DNA from: a virus
DNA length: 64,000 bases
Strand: one strand, 5' to 3'
IMG/VR virus record: IMGVR_UViG_3300026382_000002
Coordinates: 1 to 64,000 of that record
The notes under the pieces were generated by a model. The model did not search any database and was not told the DNA's origin. It saw only the letters and a program-made list of their open reading frames with translations. A program made the translations under genes and the position numbers. Positions 18,995 to 25,841 of this stretch are shown one piece after another (positions within the stretch are counted from its first letter, which is position 1; each line of letters starts with the position of its first letter).

Positions 18995-19465
18995 ATGACT
19001 TGTGAAGAAATTAAAAAAGAAATAGAAAGCTTTAAAAAAGATTTAATAAAACAAATTAATGATAGTGACCTGGATATGCAAGAAATGCTAAAAGGGATTA
19101 TAAAAGTATCATCTAAGTATCCGGAACAAAAAGAGCTTATAGAATTTATCGTTATATTGAATGATACTTTAACAAGAGACTCTAAAAATATAAGGAACAA
19201 TATTATAGAAATGATAGATGCTTGTTTTGGATATAAAATAAAAATATTAGAGAAGATAGATGCTGTTAATAAAAAAACAAACAACCCCTCAACGTTTAGA
19301 ACAAAAATGAGAACTGCTGTTTTGAGTGTTAGAAATTTAATCTTGAGCAAACTTGTAATACCGTTAGTTATTGTTGTCATTATTTTTGTTTTATATATCC
19401 TATTTCCAGATAGTACAGAGCATTTTTTTAAAGACATATTTCCGCAATTATCAAAAATATTCTAA
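18995..19465 (+). CDS. C-terminally anchored membrane protein in the lysis cassette (function unknown)
   Basis: 156 aa with a helical, charged N-terminal domain and a single C-terminal TM (LVIPLVIVVIIFVLYILF). SD AAAGGA is present. Confidence 0.45.
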   Translation: MTCEEIKKEIESFKKDLIKQINDSDLDMQEMLKGIIKVSSKYPEQKELIEFIVILNDTLTRDSKNIRNNIIEMIDACFGYKIKILEKIDAVNKKTNNPSTFRTKMRTAVLSVRNLILSKLVIPLVIVVIIFVLYILFPDSTEHFFKDIFPQLSKIF

Positions 19466-19474
19466 GGAGAATAA

Positions 19475-20134
19475 ATGGGAGTTTTTTCGTTTTTTAAAAA
19501 TGATAAAAAAGATAAATCATATAGTAACAACATTAAAGATGTTGCTATGCAGGAATGTAATTTCTACGAAAAAAAAATTAGCGATTTAGGAATTAATGGT
19601 ATTGTTGAGCTCTTACCTCAAAATGCGATAACTCATTTAAAGGAAGTTGAAAGTCAATTATTGAAAATGGACCCAAACAAAAAAAATTTACTTATAATTG
19701 ATGACAATTTGGGATTGATTTCTTTAATTAATGACATTCTGGAAATGTCCAGGTTAGACAAAGATATTAACAGTATATGCATACAAACATCATATGCCGG
19801 TTTTATATATAAAATAATTACGGAAAAATATAATTTAAAAATAGATTATGCAATAATAGATATTACATTTGGAGGAATTATAGTTGATACGCACGATGGA
19901 AACATTAAATATGAAGGGGTTATGGTTTTTAAAGATTTAATTAACAAAAATAAAGAATTGAAATATTTATTCTATACAGGTAATAGTTTAAATAAATATG
20001 TATATTCTTCTAAAAAAATAATAGATATTTTTCAACAAATAACAAATGATGATATTATGAATCACGTTGTATACAAAAACCAATATCCACCATCAAAACT
20101 AATAAATATCGTAAAAAGTTTAATAAAAGGATAA
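19475..20134 (+). CDS. Response-regulator receiver-domain protein without a recognisable output domain
   Basis: NLLIIDDN (acidic pair D76/D77), DYAIIDITFGG (candidate phospho-acceptor D129), and LFYTGNS (conserved T). Strong SD TAAGGAG. It sits immediately upstream of the kinase. Confidence 0.6.
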   Translation: MGVFSFFKNDKKDKSYSNNIKDVAMQECNFYEKKISDLGINGIVELLPQNAITHLKEVESQLLKMDPNKKNLLIIDDNLGLISLINDILEMSRLDKDINSICIQTSYAGFIYKIITEKYNLKIDYAIIDITFGGIIVDTHDGNIKYEGVMVFKDLINKNKELKYLFYTGNSLNKYVYSSKKIIDIFQQITNDDIMNHVVYKNQYPPSKLINIVKSLIKG

Positions 20135-20136
20135 TA

Positions 20137-21243
20137 ATGTGGGGTATGATTGCAAAAGACGCATTTTGGAAAGTGTTTATTTCTTTTGTTATTGTATGTT
20201 TTACAATAATTGGACTCGGATATCTAGACTGTTTTGAGAATGATAGCAAATGCTCTATAGAATGCGTTTTTAAATATGATTGGGTTCATTTGACTGCAAA
20301 ATACTATATGTTTATTGTGCTGGTGTTTGTTGTATCTTTTATAATCAATGTAATAATAGATTATGTTGAATATAAAAAATCAGCAATGTTACATATGTTG
20401 AACTTTAACTCTATGTCCACAAATAAAACGCTTGTACATATAACAGAAAATATATCACACGAATTGTCTACACCATTAGAAGTTATATCTTTTAAAATGT
20501 TTAAAATAAGAAAAATTATTAACACTATTATAAATGATGAATTTTCTATATGGATGAAAGAAAACTGCACACAAACTAATTCTTGTACTAAAGAAGAGAA
20601 ATGTTTACTTTCAGATTCTAATATAGAGATTCTTAAACAACATTTTCTAAAATCAAAAAATAAAAAAAAATATATTGATGAACTATTAAAAATAGATAAT
20701 GAGTTTAAATACGTTGATGCCTCAATAGAGCAAATTGGCAATATTTTACAGAAAATGAAAGGTTTTAAATCTATAAAATATTCCAATGGTAATAAAACTT
20801 TATATGACATAATTGAAACTTCATTTCAGGTCATGGCTATATCTCATAAAGACTTTAAATGGGGGATAGATGAAAAATTCAAGAAATACAGACTGTGTCA
20901 TAAAAAATGTCTTCATAATGGAGATTTATTAAACATTATGATAAACCACATTAAAAATTCTATAGAAGCTAATGCTACTACTATATCAGCACATTTTATT
21001 AGATATACAAATGGCTTTCTATATCTTTACATTAAAGATAATGGTTCAGGTATTCCAAGACAATTTATAAACACAGTATTCTCACCTAATATAAGCAGCA
21101 AATCTAAAATGCTTGATATTAGAGGAAATGGGATGTTTATAAACAGGGAAATAATACGAAGCACTGGAGGGGATATAAGAATAGTTGAAACCTCTAAAAG
21201 AGGAACTGTTTTTGAGCTAAAAATAAGAGCAGAAAAAATCTAA
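20137..21243 (+). CDS. Membrane sensor histidine kinase
   Basis: Two N-terminal TM helices. H-box ISHELSTPL (His108 at 20458-20460), N-box LLNIMINHIKNSIEA, G1 IKDNGSGIP, F-box FINTVFSP, and G2 RGNGMFI. Confidence 0.85.
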   Translation: MWGMIAKDAFWKVFISFVIVCFTIIGLGYLDCFENDSKCSIECVFKYDWVHLTAKYYMFIVLVFVVSFIINVIIDYVEYKKSAMLHMLNFNSMSTNKTLVHITENISHELSTPLEVISFKMFKIRKIINTIINDEFSIWMKENCTQTNSCTKEEKCLLSDSNIEILKQHFLKSKNKKKYIDELLKIDNEFKYVDASIEQIGNILQKMKGFKSIKYSNGNKTLYDIIETSFQVMAISHKDFKWGIDEKFKKYRLCHKKCLHNGDLLNIMINHIKNSIEANATTISAHFIRYTNGFLYLYIKDNGSGIPRQFINTVFSPNISSKSKMLDIRGNGMFINREIIRSTGGDIRIVETSKRGTVFELKIRAEKI

Positions 21244-21298
21244 CCTAAAAAAACATTTATTAATATGAGCAGTTTAACGTCTTGCTCAGGACGATACA

Positions 21299-21442
21299 CT
21301 ATACCCTAAAAACGCTTATAGCGCTAATAGGGATGGCAGTTGAGACAACAGTGCTAACCCATTTTGCCGCCGCCCTCCTGGCGGCGTCTGCACTTTTGAA
21401 TTTTTCGGCAGATATATATCTGCCTATTTTGAATTTATACAT
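21299..21442 (-). CDS. Candidate small membrane peptide (47 aa) inside a GC-rich, hairpin-dense island
   Basis: SD AAGGAG lies 6 nt upstream of ATG 21442. The product is MYKFKIGRYISAEKFKSADAARRAAAKWVSTVVSTAIPISAISVFRV, with a hydrophobic C-terminus. The region could instead be a structured RNA. Confidence 0.35.
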   Translation of the reverse strand: MYKFKIGRYISAEKFKSADAARRAAAKWVSTVVSTAIPISAISVFRV

Positions 21443-21553
21443 TTTAAACTCCTTGATTAATTTTTTCTTCATATTTATATAACACATTTTTTTAATTTTT
21501 TTCGCAAAAATATTTCCGTCATTTTGTATCTTTTGGTTTTTAAATAATTTGAG

Positions 21554-21566
21554 GATATAATATAAT
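21554..21566 (+). promoter_or_regulatory. -10-like boxes (GATATAATATAAT)
   Basis: TTTGAGGATATAATATAAT lies about 40 nt upstream of ATG 21606. Confidence 0.35.
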
Positions 21567-21605
21567 GCCGAATGGCAAAAATCAAAAAAAACGAAAGGAT
21601 TAGTT

Positions 21606-22601
21606 ATGGCATTAAACGTAACAACCCAAAATTTGCAAACATTACTACAACAATTAGCACAATCCCAGGGTAAGGCTATACACGATTATATACAAGCTCA
21701 GGGGTTTGCTTCACAGGTAGAGCTAGAAACTAAGATTGCAGATGTATTATCTAAAATTGACGCAATAACTAAGATAGATGACAGTGACAACGTAGAGTCT
21801 CTTGCTGAAAAAATTCAAGCGATTCAAGATGTTTTAAATAGTGAAGAGGGTGTTGTTCAAGAAATTCTTGATAGGTTAACAACTAATGAACAAGCAATAT
21901 CTGATTTAAACGACAAAGTTGATAATAATTATTCTTTAATTTCTCAAGCATTATCAACTCTTAAAACATCAGTAGATAAAAATACTGCTGATATTTCTGA
22001 CGTAAAAACAAGCATTACTAATATTGAAAAGGATATTGAAGAAAAAGTATCAGGATTAGACCAAAGAATCGCTTCAAACGAACAAGCGATTGAAACTCTT
22101 AACGGAGATGCGTCTGTAGAAGGTTCTGTTGATTACAAAGTTGCTCAAGAAGCTGCAAGAGCTAAAGCTGCAGAAACAGGGTTGACTCAATCTATTGAAA
22201 CAGCTAAGTCTGAAGCTGTAAGTGAAGCGGTAAGCCAAGCTAACGCTTATACTGACCAAAAAGTTCAAGATGCTATAGATAATCTTGACGTTGCTTCTGA
22301 TAAAGACTTTCAAGCTATTGAAGAAAGAGTAACCAAAGTCGAGAATGTTTTAAATGACACAACCAATGAAAACGGTGAGCTTGAAAAGGGACTTGTAACT
22401 AAAGTAAGTGACCTTGAAACTGGTCTTGTTAATGAAAAAGCTGCTAGAGAGGCTGGAGACACAGCAACTCTTGAGGCAGCTAAAGCGTATACAGATAGTA
22501 CAGTAGTTCAAGCTGATAAAATAGACATTGACGTAATTGTTAATGTATTTATTGATGCTCTTAATGGGAATTCTTCAAGTGACAATGGGGATGCTCTATA
22601 A
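21606..22601 (+). CDS. Coiled-coil fibre-like protein
   Basis: 331 aa with heptad-like repeats throughout. Repeated A(N/K)AYTD motifs (SQANAYTDQKV, AAKAYTDSTV) are typical of phage fibre or whisker proteins. Confidence 0.5.
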   Translation: MALNVTTQNLQTLLQQLAQSQGKAIHDYIQAQGFASQVELETKIADVLSKIDAITKIDDSDNVESLAEKIQAIQDVLNSEEGVVQEILDRLTTNEQAISDLNDKVDNNYSLISQALSTLKTSVDKNTADISDVKTSITNIEKDIEEKVSGLDQRIASNEQAIETLNGDASVEGSVDYKVAQEAARAKAAETGLTQSIETAKSEAVSEAVSQANAYTDQKVQDAIDNLDVASDKDFQAIEERVTKVENVLNDTTNENGELEKGLVTKVSDLETGLVNEKAAREAGDTATLEAAKAYTDSTVVQADKIDIDVIVNVFIDALNGNSSSDNGDAL

Positions 22602-22639
22602 TTTCCCCTTTCTTCCCTCTTCTATTTTTTAATTTTTTG

Positions 22640-22648
22640 TGGTATTAT
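22640..22648 (+). promoter_or_regulatory. Extended -10-like box (TGGTATTAT)
   Basis: TTTTTTGTGGTATTAT lies 21 nt upstream of ATG 22670, with SD AAAAAAGGA between. Confidence 0.4.
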
Positions 22649-22669
22649 TAACATAAAAAAGGAATTAAT

Positions 22670-23101
22670 ATGGGACTTCTACATAAAATTGCAGCTAAAA
22701 CAAATAATACTGTTTTATCAGATGCAGCTCACTTAGCCGGAACTATAGGGGCTACAACGGCAGGTGTAATGGCAGCAGATAAATTAATTGGAGGAGCAGG
22801 TGCTCAAGCTTTCAAACTTAAGATACCATCTTTGATTAGATACGCCAAAAAGAAACACTCCGAATTGGGCGAAGTGGGAGATGCTAAATTAAAATCATGG
22901 GTTATGGCTATATATACTCTTTCTCCAAGAATAGCTCATAATCAAGAGCTTGTTGCAGATGCGCTTTACCAAATTTATCAATATGGTGGAAATTTTGACT
23001 TAGCAACATCAAAAATATTAGCCGACATCAACAAAGGAACAAAAGTAGATAATAACTTGCCTTATATTACAGCCGCAAATTCTATACAAAAGAGAAAATA
23101 A
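22670..23101 (+). CDS. Ala/Gly-rich hypothetical protein
   Basis: 143 aa. AGTIGATTAGVMAADKLIGGAGAQA is a glycine-zipper-like segment. Confidence 0.5.
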   Translation: MGLLHKIAAKTNNTVLSDAAHLAGTIGATTAGVMAADKLIGGAGAQAFKLKIPSLIRYAKKKHSELGEVGDAKLKSWVMAIYTLSPRIAHNQELVADALYQIYQYGGNFDLATSKILADINKGTKVDNNLPYITAANSIQKRK

Positions 23102-24123
23102 TGTCAACCGAAAGCAAAAAGAAAAAAATAGAAAAATTTCTACTTGAAGAACAAGCCAAAGCTGACGCTTTATATCCATATACAGACAAGAGTGTTGAAC
23201 CAATAGCCGAAGGGGCATGGAAAGGAGCGTTACTCTCGGGTATAGGAAAAACGTTGCATGAGGCTCACAAGCAACACAGATTAACGCTAAAAGGAACATT
23301 AGGTTATTATGTTGGAGGAGGAGCGCTGGGCGCTTTGGCCGGATATGTTAACAATAAAAACAAAGTAAAAAAAGCTAAAGAAGCAAGACAATTTTTAGCA
23401 GATAACAGAGTTAGAAATAATTATGTAAAAGAAAAAAAACAAATTTTAAAACAAGCTGCATTAACCCCAGATGAGAAAACAAAAATTTTAACGGAGACTG
23501 GAATTGAATTGAGTGGGAATAATAAAAAACAAGACTCTTTAATTAAATCAATTGCTACAAATACTGCATTGGGTGCTGTTATGGGTGGGGTCGGAGGTTT
23601 AGCTACTAGAATGTTTGGAGGAAAAAGCAATATTTTAAGAGGTGCCGCAACTATGGGTGTTCTATCAGGTACGCAAGCAGGACTTGGTAATGAAATTGAT
23701 AAGGAAATTAGTGAACATAATAAACATAATTCAATTTCACCAGCAACACAATTAGCTATAGCCACAGGGCTGTCTAGTGCGACAGAGCCATTAATATATA
23801 GAGCTATAGGTAGGGCTGGTGGGAAAAATACTGTAAAATTATTCGAAAAAGAAGAGCTTAAGAATTTGGCGCAGGCAAAAAAAACACATCGACAAGGCGG
23901 GATATCCACCAAGGCTAAAAATTATCTTTTACCAAACGTGTTAAAAGAAAAATATGACAGTGATTTTATAGATATGATGAAAGGTAGAAAAGGAAAATTT
24001 TTAGATAAAGATTTACTAGGTCATACAATGGGGAAAGCGTTATGGGGAACTTTACTGGGGTATGGAATAGGTAAAGCGGTAGAAAAAATAACTAAAATGC
24101 GTAATACCGAAGCTAAAACTTGA
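23101..24123 (+). CDS. Glycine-zipper-rich hypothetical (membrane-active?) protein
   Basis: 340 aa with at least five GxxxG-type segments, e.g. GGGALGALAGYV, LGAVMGGVGGLATRMFGG, and LWGTLLGYGIGKAV. Its start overlaps the upstream stop (ATAATG). Confidence 0.5.
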   Translation: MSTESKKKKIEKFLLEEQAKADALYPYTDKSVEPIAEGAWKGALLSGIGKTLHEAHKQHRLTLKGTLGYYVGGGALGALAGYVNNKNKVKKAKEARQFLADNRVRNNYVKEKKQILKQAALTPDEKTKILTETGIELSGNNKKQDSLIKSIATNTALGAVMGGVGGLATRMFGGKSNILRGAATMGVLSGTQAGLGNEIDKEISEHNKHNSISPATQLAIATGLSSATEPLIYRAIGRAGGKNTVKLFEKEELKNLAQAKKTHRQGGISTKAKNYLLPNVLKEKYDSDFIDMMKGRKGKFLDKDLLGHTMGKALWGTLLGYGIGKAVEKITKMRNTEAKT

Positions 24124-24139
24124 TTAATGAATTTTTATA

Positions 24140-24148
24140 TGCTAAAAT
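24140..24148 (+). promoter_or_regulatory. Extended -10 promoter-like box (TGCTAAAAT)
   Basis: TTTTTATATGCTAAAAT lies 51 nt upstream of ATG 24200. Confidence 0.4.
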
Positions 24149-24199
24149 TATCTGAATGTTGTTCTAAACAACTACTAAAATTATCAAAAAGGAAAAGAA

Positions 24200-24844
24200 A
24201 TGAACGTATTAACAAAACTTGCAAGTGAAAACAGTTCAAGACTTGAGAAAATCGCTTCTGCTATTGCTGCTATTGAAGAAGGGTATGACCCTGAAGAGGT
24301 GATAGCGTTTGCAGCTGAACAAGGTATTGCACCTGAAGAAGTTGTTCTCGGGACAAATTTATTTGCTAGCGATTTGGGTAAAGAAGCTTCTTATGAGGAT
24401 GAACTTCAAAAGATAGCAAGCGTTATAGCTGATGAATATACTGTTCCGTTAGTTAAAGTTGCTGCTGCTGTTGATTTATTTGCCGCTGGTGCACTTGAAG
24501 CTGACGATGTTTACGGTATAGCTGGAGATTTCGGTTTTAGTCAAGATGATGTTGATTATATTTTCACTAGTGCATATCCAGACCTAGCTAAAGAAGCCGG
24601 CGCAAGTGAATCTGGAGAGAAATTAACAGAACGAGCTTGGAAAAAAATCAGAGAATTAGGGACTGGTATGAAAAACGCTGCTATGGCAAAAGAACTAAGA
24701 GAAGGTTTGAAAGCTGATGCTAGCGGAAAAAGAGATTATCTAAAAGCTCTTAAAGGGGCTGGTAAAACTGGTGCTATTTACGGAATACCTGCTGGAGCTG
24801 CCGCTTATCTAGCCACAAGGGGCAGAGACGGGCAAGAAGATTAA
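24200..24844 (+). CDS. Acidic Ala-rich hypothetical protein with an internal duplication
   Basis: 214 aa. KIASAIAAIEEG and KIASVIADEY are repeated segments. It carries two (L)xKEA(S/G) motifs and a C-terminal Gly-zipper (GAIYGIPAGAAAYLA). Confidence 0.5.
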   Translation: MNVLTKLASENSSRLEKIASAIAAIEEGYDPEEVIAFAAEQGIAPEEVVLGTNLFASDLGKEASYEDELQKIASVIADEYTVPLVKVAAAVDLFAAGALEADDVYGIAGDFGFSQDDVDYIFTSAYPDLAKEAGASESGEKLTERAWKKIRELGTGMKNAAMAKELREGLKADASGKRDYLKALKGAGKTGAIYGIPAGAAAYLATRGRDGQED

Positions 24845-24858
24845 ATTTCTTCTTTTTT
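24834..24858 (+). terminator. Rho-independent terminator-like hairpin overlapping the stop codon
   Basis: AAGAAGA (24834-24840) pairs with TCTTCTT (24848-24854), followed by a T-run to 24858. Confidence 0.5.
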
Positions 24859-24865
24859 CTAACCT

Positions 24866-24891
24866 AAAAAAAAGCGGCGATTTAACGCCGC
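24866..24891 (-). terminator. Rho-independent terminator for the minus-strand tail operon
   Basis: GCGGCG (24874-24879) pairs with CGCCGC (24886-24891). The A8 run at 24866-24873 becomes a U-tail on the minus strand. Confidence 0.6.
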
Positions 24892-24904
24892 CATCTCTCT
24901 AACA

Positions 24905-25032
24905 CAACCACCATTACAGAAACCTTTATATAATTAAATATTGTTAAAAAAAATTTTTTTTTCATTCTAGGCCTTTTTTTTAAAGGATAGAGCGTTTTTT
25001 TGCACGCTCCCTTTGGCCTGTAATGATGGTTG
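24905..25032. other. Nested inverted-repeat structure in a convergent intergenic region
   Basis: Outer 15-nt arms CAACCACCATTACAG (24905-24919) and CTGTAATGATGGTTG (25018-25032) match 14/15. Inside are an A8T11 tract and a three-tier hairpin: AGGCC/GGCCT, AAAGG/CCTTT, GAGCG/CGCTC (24969-25019). Confidence 0.6.
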
Positions 25033-25064
25033 CCTATATATATAACATATTTCTTAAATCATTT

Positions 25065-25841
25065 TCACTTTAATCTTGTATTTATGTTTGAAGTTAAGGA
25101 GCTGTTTATTTTAACATTATCTGTAGTGTTTATTTTGGTTTTATCCGATGTTATAGGAGACTTGGAGACATCTGTTTTAATTATGTTAGTTTCTGTTGTT
25201 ATAGGACTAGCTTCTCCTGATGTTACCACGTTAATAGTTCCTACATTAACTGTTTTTTCTTGAGATAAACAATTGTTTAATTGTTTTTCAAGTAAAAGTA
25301 ATTTTTCATAATATTTTTGTTTAAGTTCCAAACATTTCTGTAAATCTTTGTCTGACGTATAATTTGAACAATCCATCTCAAAAGGATACTTAAATACAGC
25401 ACAGACATCTTCTACGCAAATTATACTTAATTGTTTCTTGTTTATAGCTCTATGATAAAAACCATACCCTATTTCATTTAGTGGTCCATAATCTATTGTT
25501 TCAGCGTTTTCATCTAATTGTATAAATTCATAGTTTTCGCCGCTTTTAAAGCCAGGAGCCCTATAGAAAAACCTATCTATAGGGTTTCCATATCGTAACA
25601 CAAAAGAGTCTTTAATCCCATCTATTGTAGCAATACCCAAAACATATCCATCTATATGCATCGGGTTTACTGTTGCACGCCATATATTGTTATCCAAATA
25701 TTGTGGTTGTAAATTTTCTTCAGCTAGCACAATACCTTCTGAGTTTATATATAAAATATTTATAGATATATCAGACTCTTCATAAGCATCAATCCATACG
25801 TATTTTGGAATACCTAAAGGAACATAAGCGCCGCATATCAT
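25065..25841 (-). CDS. Hypothetical protein (distal gene of the tail/baseplate operon)
   Basis: 258-aa ORF that overlaps the upstream gene by 4 nt. Confidence 0.55.
   Translation of the reverse strand: MICGAYVPLGIPKYVWIDAYEESDISINILYINSEGIVLAEENLQPQYLDNNIWRATVNPMHIDGYVLGIATIDGIKDSFVLRYGNPIDRFFYRAPGFKSGENYEFIQLDENAETIDYGPLNEIGYGFYHRAINKKQLSIICVEDVCAVFKYPFEMDCSNYTSDKDLQKCLELKQKYYEKLLLLEKQLNNCLSQEKTVNVGTINVVTSGEASPITTETNIIKTDVSKSPITSDKTKINTTDNVKINSSLTSNINTRLK

Noticed and set aside
18946-19437. 163-aa minus-strand ORF overlapping 18995..19465
   Set aside because: It has no SD and would run against the holin-to-kinase operon. Its hydrophobic, repetitive translation is typical of an antisense frame.
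23421-23912. 163-aa minus-strand ORF
   Set aside because: It is antisense to the Gly/Ala-rich gene 23101..24123, an artefact of GC-rich codons leaving the opposite frame open.
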